Made by a program: the position numbers and the translations under genes | Shown: one piece after another, positions 51,201-59,823 of the stretch | Numbering within the stretch: position 1 is the stretch's first letter | How the letters are laid out: each line of letters begins with the position of its first letter | Assembly: GCA_965219085.1 (NCBI GenBank) | Contig: OZ244720.1 | Span: 2,688,001 to 2,752,000, forward strand | Direction of reading: 5' to 3' | Source: Dehalococcoidia bacterium | GTDB taxonomy: Bacteria > Chloroflexota > Dehalococcoidia > UBA2979 | Length of the DNA: 64,000 nt | Notes under the pieces: generated by a model | Seen by the model: only the letters and a program-made list of their open reading frames with translations | What the model was told of the DNA's origin: nothing | Databases searched by the model: none

Positions 51201-51666
51201 CCCGTGGCTGTGCCTGCGGGTAGGCGCCCTCGACGAGCGCGACGTGGTCCTCGATGCCGGAGCGGAATCGCAGCGCCACCGTCCCGACGAGCGAGGACAC
51301 GAGGCGTCCGTCCTGGACGGCCACCTCGTGCAGCGCGAAGGCGTCGGTGGTGCCCATCCGCACCTGCGAGCCGCCTGCGCCCGCGAGCGCCGCGCCGACC
51401 GCCGCGTCGGTCTCCGCCTGTGCGTTGCTGTACGAGGTGCGGTCGAGCGGGATGCCGTCGCGGGTGACGCGCACCTGCATGTCGGTGAGTTCGACGCTCT
51501 GCAACGCCTCGCGCAGCGCCAGGTCGCGCAGCACGCCGTCGAAGGCCGGCACGGCCGCGAGCGCCGCGGCGACGAGCGTCGCGCCGGCCGCGAGCGCGAG
51601 CGTCCCGCGCCACTGCCGGCGCGCGGCGCTCATCGCGAGCCGCACGAGAAGGCGGAGCTGGGTCAT
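48292..51666 (-). CDS. large FtsX/MacB-like ABC permease
   Basis: About 1120 aa, two TM clusters with ALALRGAS-type motif and large extracytoplasmic domains; followed by two ATPases. Confidence 0.72.
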   Translation of the reverse strand: MTQLRLLVRLAMSAARRQWRGTLALAAGATLVAAALAAVPAFDGVLRDLALREALQSVELTDMQVRVTRDGIPLDRTSYSNAQAETDAAVGAALAGAGGSQVRMGTTDAFALHEVAVQDGRLVSSLVGTVALRFRSGIEDHVALVEGAYPQAQPRGGNDPIPVLVGAGTAETLGVSAGSRLALHTIGAISDLPTVVAVVGVARPLDARDPYWSGNPQLLERTDGATFALLAPEATFFGAAADLFGSVDASFEASYAIRASEVRASDAAPLIERVRTLAEDPDALPSAHVESDLPRALAQAGEVTGLGRTALTLLLGQVAAAAGVFVAAVSTQLARGRRDRHEALALRGASPAQRTTIEAFTVLPAALAALVLGPLLAAASVAALGRLDAIGGFAGSTWLRFDLTPEVVLYGAGGAAAAFALALIPAALVARRGAEAPMPDRAGRPGLVAAAVTLLLAAAGGGFWALTRGDHLFTLEGPVAPDHALLLAPAALLLPAAAGAWWLLPHLARPLARAVALSPSIVWLEALRTVARRPAGAAFALVVVAAAAAVLLATLPDGLDRSPGERAAHAAGADVRASGLRGLEGAGESAFRAAIATVPADPASPAARVAATLTSEDGSGQPVTIELLGVEPETFGNVAAVRDDFATQPVDAMLGALATNSTALGGITAPPGTRQLGAWVRLHGIAGELRVALSLTDATGRSYELLIGRLRPGALVHWGFLAADLATPIGLDGTPIGGPPIETPLTIHAYYAHLSPEVAANDGGISFGPLMSSLDAPEAPLDAIELLVPRSSEFARRAILHDLSTTAGLEPIADLAAGGTSQSVRAEPPTAPGATGSTRLDWPPTPPGVPAVRVRGLRQETDGAPVLLYASRRTLDDLGAAVGDELRLEVAGRLLNAQAAGVVDHFPTLGLDGGAFAVANLERLLAAVNASPGAALRSGEAWFATSTPAATASALTGGGFDAATLVDRETELAALAGARTLARGWRGVLTLGFGALLVLALVAVAVEGVAALRAAERAAAVAEAIGGSGGEQLATVVLAVLARLVAAAALGVGLGIVLGRWLLDILGADPAGTVIVPPPRIEVTAEPLLVAGVALAVSFALVVAAAALRYRGWSWGRALQLREA

Positions 51667-51727
51667 GCGTCGATCGTATACCGGACGCGCGACAGCACTG
51701 GGTAGGGGTCGCTGGAGCGAGGCGGCG

Positions 51728-52138
51728 TTACTCGATGCCGCGGCGCTGGAGGTAGCGCGGGTTGCCGACGCGCACCGCGTCGAGGGTGGTGGTGCGCACG
51801 TGGGCGAGCGCCCCGGTGCGGCGCGGCTCCTCGTCGAATGCGCCGGCGCGGATGTCGGCCGCAAAGCGTGCGGTCAGCTCGTTGAGACGCGCGCGCCACT
51901 CGCCGTCCGTCGCGGGCTCCCCGTACAGCGCTTCGAGGCGCGCAAGCGCAGCCCGCGCCGGACCTTCGCCCGCTTCGAGCTCGCGCGACGCGATGCCGAT
52001 CGCGTTGTTGGCCATGAGCAGCTCGTAGCGGCGGTCCCCGGGGACGGCGGGGCCGACCTGCTCCATCAGCGTCTCGCTCGCGATGCGGAGTAGCTCCACG
52101 CCGTCGAGGCCATCGAGTGCGCCTTGCTGCTCAGCCAC
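51728..52138 (-). CDS. DUF6285-like protein
   Basis: MANNAIGIASRE...NPRY; coupled to an APH-family gene. Confidence 0.7.
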   Translation of the reverse strand: MAEQQGALDGLDGVELLRIASETLMEQVGPAVPGDRRYELLMANNAIGIASRELEAGEGPARAALARLEALYGEPATDGEWRARLNELTARFAADIRAGAFDEEPRRTGALAHVRTTTLDAVRVGNPRYLQRRGIE

Positions 52139-53195
52139 CGAACTCGCCCCGTTCCGCCTCGTCGATCATCGTGAGCACCTCGATCTCGACCTCGTCGGGG
52201 ATACGGCCCGTGAGCGCGAGCTCGAGCGAGGGTTGGCGGCCGCTCGTGTGGCGCTCGCCCTGGTGGATGGCGATGAGCGCCCAGCGCACGTGCGCCATCA
52301 CCTCCCAGTAGTGCACGGCCGCCGGGTCGAGGTCGCCGATGCCGCCCGCCTCGCGGTAGCCGCGCTCGAAGTCCTCGCGCGGCCCGAGCCCGCCGACGGG
52401 GCGGTCGAAGCGGTTGGCGCGCCAGCAGCGCGCGGTCAGCCAGCCGATGTCCTCGATGGGGTCGCCCCAGCGGGCGAACTCCCAGTCGAGCACGCCGCGC
52501 AGGCCGTCGTCGTCGGCCATGAAGTTGCCGTTGCGGTAGTCGCCATGCACAAGCACGAGTTGCTGCGTGGGGCGCGCGTTGCGCTCCAGCCAGCGCAGGC
52601 CCCACTCGAGCGCGGGGCGAGGGCGCGGGTGCGCGTCGAGCGCTGCACGGAACTCGGCGACGGCGGCGAGGGCAGGGCTCGGCTCCGGCCTGGGCAGGAA
52701 CGCCAGCGACGGTGTGTCGAGCGGCACCGTCTGGAGGCGCGCGAGTTCCTCGCCGAGCCGCGCGAGCAGCACCGGGCGCGACCCGCCGAGCTCCTCGTTG
52801 CGCACGAGCAGGTGCGCGGCGGCGACGCCGGGCGCGAAGCGGTTGACGGCAAATGGCCGGCCGAGCACCGAGGCGTCCTCGCAGCACCACAGGGGCTCCG
52901 GGACGGTCGTGCCGACGTCGGTCGCGGCTCGCGCGACGGCGAACTCGCTCACGAGGTCCAGGCTCTCAGCGAGCGTGGCGTCACCGGCCGCGCGCACGAC
53001 GAGCTCGTGCTCGCCCTCGAACGCCCCGCGGTCGAAGCGGGCGTCGAGGCGCCAGTGGAGGTGGATCGCGCCCCCGCCGAGCGGCTCGACCGCGGCGATC
53101 GCGACCTCGGTCGCCTCGGTCTCGGTGACGAGCCAGGCCGCGAGGGCGGCCTGTGCGTCGTCGTCCTCGAGGTCGAGCGGCGTGACGTCGGGCAT
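52131..53195 (-). CDS. APH-family phosphotransferase (ACAD10/11-like kinase)
   Basis: LVHGDYRNGN, VLDWEFARWGDP. Confidence 0.88.
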   Translation of the reverse strand: MPDVTPLDLEDDDAQAALAAWLVTETEATEVAIAAVEPLGGGAIHLHWRLDARFDRGAFEGEHELVVRAAGDATLAESLDLVSEFAVARAATDVGTTVPEPLWCCEDASVLGRPFAVNRFAPGVAAAHLLVRNEELGGSRPVLLARLGEELARLQTVPLDTPSLAFLPRPEPSPALAAVAEFRAALDAHPRPRPALEWGLRWLERNARPTQQLVLVHGDYRNGNFMADDDGLRGVLDWEFARWGDPIEDIGWLTARCWRANRFDRPVGGLGPREDFERGYREAGGIGDLDPAAVHYWEVMAHVRWALIAIHQGERHTSGRQPSLELALTGRIPDEVEIEVLTMIDEAERGEFGG

Positions 53196-53199
53196 GGCG

Positions 53200-54219
53200 C
53201 TAGCCCGCTGCCGCCGACGCGACGCGCGCGAGGTGCGGCTGGACGGCCTCGTACAGCGGCAGGCGGTGGTCGATGGACACTTGCGCGGACTTGAGCAGCG
53301 ACTCGGAGGGTTGCCGCGCGCGCATGGAGAGCGGCGCGACGGTGTTCCAGAGTTCGCTCGCCACCATCAGCGGCGGGATCAACTCGGCCTCGCCGCCGTC
53401 GAGCCGCGGACTGGCGTGGGCGGCGTAGCCGGCGAGCCAGCTGCGCACCTTCTGGTTATCGGAGCCGCAGTCGATCACGAGGCTGCGAGCGATGTCCGCC
53501 ACCCGGGCGTCCTCGTGCGCCATGTCGAAGTCGAGCAGGCCCGTGACGGTGTCCTCCACGAACAGCACGTTGGCGCCGAGGCACTCGTAGTAGATGACGC
53601 TGTCGGGCTGCTCGCCGTAGCCGCGCGCATCCAGGTCGGCGACGTTGCGCTGGCGCGTCTCGGCGAGCGCGGCGGCGCGCTCGGGATCCTCGTCGGCGTA
53701 CCACGCGAGGAAGTCCTCGAACGACCGGAACCCCTCCGGCGCGACTGCGGCGTCGAGGTCCGTCACACGCCCGAACGTCGGGCGCTGCCCGGGCGACGGC
53801 CACTCGTCGAGGTCGGTGTGCAGCAGCGCGAGCAGGGAGCCCTTGCGCTGCAACACGAGCTCGCTGCGATCGGGTGGAGCGCCGCGCATGAACGGGAACA
53901 GCGCCCAGCGGCCCTCGTCGGTCTCGACGACGGTCCTGCCCTCATCGGTCGCGATCGGCGCCGGGACGGGCCATTTGCGGTCGGCGAGGAAGCGCAGCAG
54001 ATCGTGCTCGTAGGGGAGCGACTCGGTGGCGCGGCGCGGGTGGTAGCGGCGCAGGACGCGCGGGCCGGCCTCGGTCTCTGCGCGCCAGTGCTCGTTGGCC
54101 GCGCCGCCGCTGAGGCGCTCGGTGGCCGCGCCGGCGATGCCCCACGCCGCCAGCGCCGGCTCGACGGCGGCCGCGCCGCTGACGCCGTTGTCCGTGCCCG
54201 GTTGCTGCGAGGTGCTCAC
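53200..54219 (-). CDS. APH/type II homoserine-kinase-like phosphotransferase
   Basis: LSGGAANE, YEHDLL, GLLDFD; catalytic loop is atypical (IYYECLGAN). Confidence 0.7.
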   Translation of the reverse strand: MSTSQQPGTDNGVSGAAAVEPALAAWGIAGAATERLSGGAANEHWRAETEAGPRVLRRYHPRRATESLPYEHDLLRFLADRKWPVPAPIATDEGRTVVETDEGRWALFPFMRGAPPDRSELVLQRKGSLLALLHTDLDEWPSPGQRPTFGRVTDLDAAVAPEGFRSFEDFLAWYADEDPERAAALAETRQRNVADLDARGYGEQPDSVIYYECLGANVLFVEDTVTGLLDFDMAHEDARVADIARSLVIDCGSDNQKVRSWLAGYAAHASPRLDGGEAELIPPLMVASELWNTVAPLSMRARQPSESLLKSAQVSIDHRLPLYEAVQPHLARVASAAAG

Positions 54220-54429
54220 GTCGGCCCCGTCTGTGCTGCTCGCCTATGGTAGAGCAAGCTCGGATCTCCGTCGCAGCATGTTTCCGTCCTCGCGTGGCCG
54301 CATCGGTCGGGAATTGGCGCAGATGGGATTACAGATCGTGCTGGATCGCCTACAGTGTGCGCACGCACCCTGGTTGGTGCGCCAGAGCACGTTACGCAAG
54401 TGGATACGAATCACTGGAGGGATAGGCCC

Positions 54430-56712
54430 ATGGTAGCGACGGACCGACCGCTGAAGGTTGTCGGCACACGCCCGGTGCGTCCGGACGGCGTGGACAAGGT
54501 GACGGGCCGCGCCACGTACGGTGGCGACGTGCGCTTCACAGGCATGCTCTACGGCCGCATCCTGCGCAGCCCGCACGCGCACGCCATCATCAAGAGCATC
54601 GACGCCTCGAAGGCGCTCGCACTCGACGGTGTGCGCGCCGTCGTCACCAACGCCGACTTCGCGCGGCAGCCGGACGAGGAGGTCGCGCTCGGCGAGCTCA
54701 GCGCGAACCTGAGCGAGATGCTCGACCAGGTCGTGGCGGGCGAGAAGGCGCTGTACCGCGGCCACGCGATCGCCGCCATCGCCGCGACCGACCCGCACAT
54801 CGCCGAGGACGCCCTCGACCTCATCGAGGTCGAGTACGAGGTGCTCGATGCGGTGCTCGACCCGCAGGAGGCGATGCGCAGCGGCGCCCCGCAGCTGCAC
54901 GCGGGCATGACAACCAAGGAGATTGGCGGGCTGTTCGACGGCGCCACGGGCGAGAGCGGCACCGAGGAAACAAACGCCGCTCAGCATGTGCAGTTCACCA
55001 AGGGTGACATCGCGGCCGGCTTCGACGAGGCGGACATCGTCATCGAGCGCGAGTTCGACACGGGGATGTACCACCAGGGCTACATCGAGACCCACAACGG
55101 CACCGCGATGTGGAACAAGGACGACCGCCTCCAGATCTGGTCCAGCACACAGGGGCAGTTCGAGGTGCGCGACCAGACCGCGATGCTGTGCGGCCTGTCG
55201 CCGTCTCGCGTGACGGTCGAGCCGGTCGAGATCGGCGGCGGCTTCGGCGGTAAGACGCACGTCGTCATGGAGCCGCTGGCGGCCATACTCTCGAAGAAGA
55301 CCGGCCGTCCGGTGAAGATGATCATGACGCGCGTCGAGGTCTTCGAGGGCACCGGCCCCACCTCCGGGACGCACATCCGCGTCAAGATCGGCGCGAAGCG
55401 CGACGGCTCCATCACCGCCATGGACGCTGAGTTGATCTTCGAGGCGGGCGCCTACGCCGGCTCGCCCTTCACCGCGGGCGCGATGTGCGCCTTCGGCCCC
55501 TACGACGTCGACAACATCGAGGTCGAGGGCTGGGACGTGGTGGTCAACAAGCCCAAGGTCGGCGCGTACCGCGCGCCCGGCGCGCCGGCGGCTGAGTACG
55601 CCGTCGAGTCGGTCATCGACGAGATCGCCGAGCGACTGGAGTTGGACCCGCTAGAGTTCCGGCTGCAGAACGCAGCCCAGGAGGGCACCGTCCGCGCCGA
55701 CGGCGCGGCGTTCGGGGTGATCGGCAACGTCGACACCCTGCAGGCCGTCCAGCAGAGCGACCATTACCGCTCCGAGCTGTCCGGTGAGAACCGCGGCCGC
55801 GGCGTGGCGTCCGGCTTCTGGTTCAACGTCGGCTTCACCTCGGCGGCCCACGCCAGCGTGCAGTCCGATGGCACCGTGGCACTCGTGCTCGGCTCCGCCG
55901 ACATCGGCGGCACCCGCGCGGCGATCGCGATGCAGTTCGCCGAGACGCTCGGCATCCCGTACGAGTCGGTGAACCCGCAGGTCGTCAACACCGACGCGGT
56001 CGGCTACACGATGGTCACCGGCGGCAGCCGTACCGCCTTCGCCGGCGGCTGGGCCGCCCACGAGGCCGCCCTCGACGTCCAACGCCAGCTCGAAGAGCGC
56101 GCGGCGGCGATCTGGGAGTGCGACCTCGACGCCGTCAGCTACGAGGACGGCGTGATGAGCGGGCCCGACGACCAATCCATGACGTTCGTGGAGATGTGCG
56201 CGCAGCTGCCGCACACGGGCGGGCTCATCCAGGGCAAGGCCGACGTGTCGCCCGAGACCTCGGGCCCGGCCTTCGCCTGCCACGTCGTGGACGTCGAGGT
56301 GGACCCGGAGACGGGCAAGGTGGACATCCTCCGCTACACGGCCGCACAGGACGTGGGCACTGCGGTGCACCCCTCGTACGTCGAGAGCCAGATGCAGGGC
56401 GGCGTCGCCCAGGGCATCGGCATGGCGCTGCACGAGGAGTACGTCTTCGACGAGGGTGGCAACATGGAGAACCCGACGTTGCTCGACTACCGCATGCCGA
56501 CCACGTTCGACCTCCCGATGCTCGACACGATCCTCGTCGAGGTCCCGAACCCCGGACACCCGTACGGGGTGCGCGGCGTCGGCGAGATCCCGATCGTGCC
56601 GGCGCTCGCGGCGGTTGCGAACGCGATCCACGACGCGATGGGCGTCCGCGTCACGCGGCTCCCGGCAACGCCGGACCGCATGCTGCAGCAGCTCGAGGAG
56701 CAGGGCAGCTAG
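54430..56712 (+). CDS. xanthine dehydrogenase-family molybdopterin-binding subunit
   Basis: DKVTGRATY, LRSPHAHA, IGGGFGGK, AYRAPG, QMQGG..QGIG, GVRGVGE; GGAGG RBS. Confidence 0.92.
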   Translation: MVATDRPLKVVGTRPVRPDGVDKVTGRATYGGDVRFTGMLYGRILRSPHAHAIIKSIDASKALALDGVRAVVTNADFARQPDEEVALGELSANLSEMLDQVVAGEKALYRGHAIAAIAATDPHIAEDALDLIEVEYEVLDAVLDPQEAMRSGAPQLHAGMTTKEIGGLFDGATGESGTEETNAAQHVQFTKGDIAAGFDEADIVIEREFDTGMYHQGYIETHNGTAMWNKDDRLQIWSSTQGQFEVRDQTAMLCGLSPSRVTVEPVEIGGGFGGKTHVVMEPLAAILSKKTGRPVKMIMTRVEVFEGTGPTSGTHIRVKIGAKRDGSITAMDAELIFEAGAYAGSPFTAGAMCAFGPYDVDNIEVEGWDVVVNKPKVGAYRAPGAPAAEYAVESVIDEIAERLELDPLEFRLQNAAQEGTVRADGAAFGVIGNVDTLQAVQQSDHYRSELSGENRGRGVASGFWFNVGFTSAAHASVQSDGTVALVLGSADIGGTRAAIAMQFAETLGIPYESVNPQVVNTDAVGYTMVTGGSRTAFAGGWAAHEAALDVQRQLEERAAAIWECDLDAVSYEDGVMSGPDDQSMTFVEMCAQLPHTGGLIQGKADVSPETSGPAFACHVVDVEVDPETGKVDILRYTAAQDVGTAVHPSYVESQMQGGVAQGIGMALHEEYVFDEGGNMENPTLLDYRMPTTFDLPMLDTILVEVPNPGHPYGVRGVGEIPIVPALAAVANAIHDAMGVRVTRLPATPDRMLQQLEEQGS

Positions 56713-56751
56713 GGAGTAGCCTGTAGCGCACTAGCGAGCGTGAACACGCAG

Positions 56752-56784
56752 CGGCCGGGGGCATCGCCCCCGGCCGTTTGCTTT
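56752..56784 (+). terminator. intrinsic terminator
   Basis: CGGCCGGGGGC-ATC-GCCCCCGGCCG followed by TTTGCTTT. Confidence 0.85.
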
Positions 56785-56939
56785 GCACGAGGAGATCCCC
56801 GCGCCTGCCTATCCGTATCGTTGTATGGTTGTGAATAGTTGAGATACGGGAGTATGCTCGTCTCGGCAAACGAAGGAGCCGACCACGATGAGCGTGCAAC
56901 AGCCCGGCTGGCGAACGTCGCAGCGGTCCTGACCAGACG

Positions 56940-57404
56940 ATGCCGATCGTCGGCCCGTCCCGCGTTGGACGGGCGATGCTGCTACTTGCGGTCCTCGTTG
57001 CCGTTAGTGTCGTTGCTGTCCTGTACGACCATAACGGATGGGATTTCCTCGGGAACACCGGCCTGGACGGAGCTCCCTCGGGCATTGTGAAGACGGGTGG
57101 CTCGCTTGCACCGCTCGTCGTTGTGTCGGTTACGCTGATGATCCTCGTAGTCGAGGGGGGAACGATGGTTGCAGACACATTCCGGAAGCAGCTCCAGGAG
57201 CGAGCACGCCAGCGAGGTCACGAAGAGGGTCTCGTCAGGGGTCGAGAAGAAGGTCGCGAAGAGGGTCTCGTCAGGGGTCGAGAAGAAGGCCGCGACGAAG
57301 GCCGCGACGAAGAGCGCGCGAGGTGGCAGGAGTGGCTTGAGAGGAAACAAGCCGCGGAGCTCGAAGAGCGCCCGTTCGACGAGCCACCACCCCGCGAGGA
57401 GTAG
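56940..57404 (+). CDS. 2-TM protein with EEGR-repeat helix and PFDEPPP tail
   Basis: Two hydrophobic segments, internal ATG at 57165 behind GAGGGGGG, internal 36-bp tandem duplication at 57222-57293. Confidence 0.7.
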   Translation: MPIVGPSRVGRAMLLLAVLVAVSVVAVLYDHNGWDFLGNTGLDGAPSGIVKTGGSLAPLVVVSVTLMILVVEGGTMVADTFRKQLQERARQRGHEEGLVRGREEGREEGLVRGREEGRDEGRDEERARWQEWLERKQAAELEERPFDEPPPREE

Positions 57405-57417
57405 GACTCGCTCGTCG

Positions 57418-57573
57418 ATGGTTGCAGACGCATTCCGCGAACAACTCCGCGAGCGCGAGCGTCGGCGGGTTCGCGAGGAGGAACGGGCGAGGTGGCGGGA
57501 GTGGCTCGCTCGGAAGCAAGCTGCCGAACTCGAGAACCGCCCGTTCGATGAGCCCCCGCCGGGCGAGGAGTAG
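57418..57573 (+). CDS. 51-aa variant copy of the C-terminal module
   Basis: MVADAFREQL...EEERARWREWLARKQAAELENRPFDEPPPGEE. Confidence 0.6.
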   Translation: MVADAFREQLRERERRRVREEERARWREWLARKQAAELENRPFDEPPPGEE

Positions 57574-57588
57574 GACCCCGCGTCGCCG

Positions 57589-57867
57589 ATGGTTGCCGAC
57601 GTATTCCGGGAACAACTACGCCTCAGCAGCGAGCGCAAGCGCCTGCGCCGTCGCGAGGAGGGACGCGAGAAGGGTCGCCGGGAAGAGCGAGCACGCTGGC
57701 AGGCATGGCTCGCGCGGATGCAGGCGGCGGAACTGGAGAACCGTCCGTTCGATGAGCCACCGCCGGGCGAGGGAGGCCTCGCCGACGCACGGGTGGTGGC
57801 ACGCTATAGGGCCGGGATGGGGCCTCGGCCGCTTGCCTGTCTCTGGCCCCTTGCGATCAGCCGGTGA
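57589..57867 (+). CDS. third variant copy of the C-terminal module (stop lost, read-through tail)
   Basis: MVADVFREQL...EERARWQAWLARMQAAELENRPFDEPPPGE; homology ends at ~57771. Confidence 0.55.
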   Translation: MVADVFREQLRLSSERKRLRRREEGREKGRREERARWQAWLARMQAAELENRPFDEPPPGEGGLADARVVARYRAGMGPRPLACLWPLAISR

Positions 57868-58687
57868 CGGTCTCGAAGTAGCGCTGCACCGCCGAGGGCG
57901 TCTGCGTCTCGAGCATCTCGATGACCGAGTCCGGCATCGCTTCCATCGCCTCGGCCGCTGTCTCGACGCCCGCGCAGGTGCGGCTGAGCGTCTCGAACGT
58001 GCTCGCCTGCTCGGAGACGAACATCGAGTCGACGATGAGGCCGTGGCCGGGCACGTAGCGGTCGACCATCGCCGCGCCCAGCTTGCGCAGCGTCGGCCCC
58101 CACTCGGCCGGGAAGGCCTCGCCCGTGATCGGCGGGCCCGACTGCTCGATCAGGTCGCCGGCGAACGCCACGCCCGCGCCCTCGACGCCGATCGCGATGT
58201 CGTTGTCGGTGTGCGCACGCCCGAGGTACGCGAGCCGCAGGTCGACGCCGCCGAGGTGCACGTCGACGTACTGCTCGAACGTGAGCGTGGGAGGCGCGAT
58301 CGGGACGGCGCGCACCTGCTCCTCGATCATCGGCATGTGCGACGCCATCGTGTCGCGGTGCGAGGCGCCCTCGTCGCCGACGAGCTTCAGCCGGCAGCGC
58401 GCATGGCCGACGGTGATAGCGGGGAGGAACCACCAGTTCCCGAAGCTGTGATCGCCGTGGTGGTGCGTGTTGATGACGTAACGGACGGGCTTGTCCGTCA
58501 CGCTCGACACCGCGTTCAGCAGTGAGCGCGCGTCCGACTCGGTCGTGCCGGTGTCTATCACGGCCACGGCGTCGTCACCGACGATGATGCCGGTGTTGAC
58601 CATGATGAAGCCCGTGATCGTGTAGACGAAGACGCCGTCGGCGAGCTCGCTGAGCCCGGCGACGGGTCTTGCGCCCTCGGTTGTCAC
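57857..58687 (-). CDS. MBL-fold metallo-hydrolase
   Basis: NTHHHGDHSFGN, AHTDND, FAGDL, VPGHG. Confidence 0.9.
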   Translation of the reverse strand: MTTEGARPVAGLSELADGVFVYTITGFIMVNTGIIVGDDAVAVIDTGTTESDARSLLNAVSSVTDKPVRYVINTHHHGDHSFGNWWFLPAITVGHARCRLKLVGDEGASHRDTMASHMPMIEEQVRAVPIAPPTLTFEQYVDVHLGGVDLRLAYLGRAHTDNDIAIGVEGAGVAFAGDLIEQSGPPITGEAFPAEWGPTLRKLGAAMVDRYVPGHGLIVDSMFVSEQASTFETLSRTCAGVETAAEAMEAMPDSVIEMLETQTPSAVQRYFETVTG

Positions 58688-58962
58688 GAGGCGGTCGCGA
58701 TCTCACCCAGCTCTCGCTCGCCGCGGTCGATCGCGGCGAGCAGCGCCCGCACGAGCTCGCGCCCGGACTCGGCGGTGAGCTCCACGGCCACGCGCGCCCC
58801 GGGCCCCGCCGAGGCATCGACGAAGTCGATGCTCAGCGCGTGGTCCTCGGGGAGGTTGAAGGGGTGGTCGAACATCACGTTGACGCGGTCGACATGGAAC
58901 CAGCCCTTCGGCCCCTTGCCGCTGCCGGAGATGTCGGCCTGCTCAACGATCATCGTGCACAT
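58684..58962 (-). CDS. DUF6295-like protein
   Basis: MCTMI...GSGKG..GWF...DHP...HALSIDF...RVAVEL. Confidence 0.75.
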   Translation of the reverse strand: MCTMIVEQADISGSGKGPKGWFHVDRVNVMFDHPFNLPEDHALSIDFVDASAGPGARVAVELTAESGRELVRALLAAIDRGERELGEIATAS

Positions 58963-59008
58963 CGTCAGTCCTCGATTCGTTCGATGTTGGTGGTGGTGGG
59001 CGCGACTC

Positions 59009-59770
59009 CTAGGTGAGGTGCTCGCCGTAGAACTCGAAGATGTGCTGCCACGCGTCCATCGTCGCCTCGGGGCGGTACATGGCCGTGTGGTGGTACATGA
59101 AGCCGTGCCCGGCGCCCTCGTAGCGGTGGAACTCGTAGTCCTTGCCGTGCTGCTTCAGGATCTCCTCGTGCTCGTCGACCTGCGCCGCCGTGGGGCTCAC
59201 GTCGTCGTTGCCGAACAGCCCGAGCAGCGGGATCGACAGGTTCTCGGTCATGTCGATGGGCGCGACGGGCGCCTTCTCGTTGAGGTCGTCCTCGCCCATG
59301 ATCACGCGCCCGCCCCAGCAGTCGACGGCCGCGTCGAACTGGTCCGAGCTGCACGCCACGAGGTAGGTGTGACGCCCGCCCGAGCAGGTGCCGATGAGCC
59401 CCGCCTTACCGTTGAAGTAGGGCAGACCGTCGAGGTAGGCCTTGGCGCCCTCGATGTCCGCAATCACCTGCGCGTCGGAGATCCCGCCGGCTGCGCGGAC
59501 CGCCGCCGCCACATCTTCGGGCGTGCCGTGGCCGTCGCGCTCGTAGAGGTTGGGGCAGATGGCGATGTAGCCGTGGTGCGCGAAGCGACGCGCCATCTCG
59601 CGGTTGTACTCGTCCCAGCCGGGGATGTGGTGGATCATCACCACGCCGGGGAACGGCCCCGCGCCGAGCGGCCGCGCGAGGTAGGTGTGGAGCGGGTCGC
59701 CGTTGTCGCCGGCGACCGTCACGGTCTCCGCGATCATGCCCTCGTACATGTCGGTCGTGTATTCGTGCAT
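59009..59770 (-). CDS. dienelactone hydrolase family protein
   Basis: GTCSGG nucleophile motif, FGNDD, YEGAGHGF. Confidence 0.9.
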   Translation of the reverse strand: MHEYTTDMYEGMIAETVTVAGDNGDPLHTYLARPLGAGPFPGVVMIHHIPGWDEYNREMARRFAHHGYIAICPNLYERDGHGTPEDVAAAVRAAGGISDAQVIADIEGAKAYLDGLPYFNGKAGLIGTCSGGRHTYLVACSSDQFDAAVDCWGGRVIMGEDDLNEKAPVAPIDMTENLSIPLLGLFGNDDVSPTAAQVDEHEEILKQHGKDYEFHRYEGAGHGFMYHHTAMYRPEATMDAWQHIFEFYGEHLT

Positions 59771-59823
59771 CGATGCCTCCTTGAGCGCTGCTTCCTGCTT
59801 GTGTTGCCTGCCTGGTCGCGGGT

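Noticed and set aside
54430-56712. Aerobic CO dehydrogenase CoxL
   Set aside because: The active-site loop is AYRAPG, not AYxCSFR, and no coxM/coxS genes are adjacent.
57165-57780. Cassette array as CRISPR or a DGR template/variable repeat pair
   Set aside because: Units are 150-250 nt coding modules, differences are not adenine-specific, and no reverse transcriptase or cas gene is nearby.
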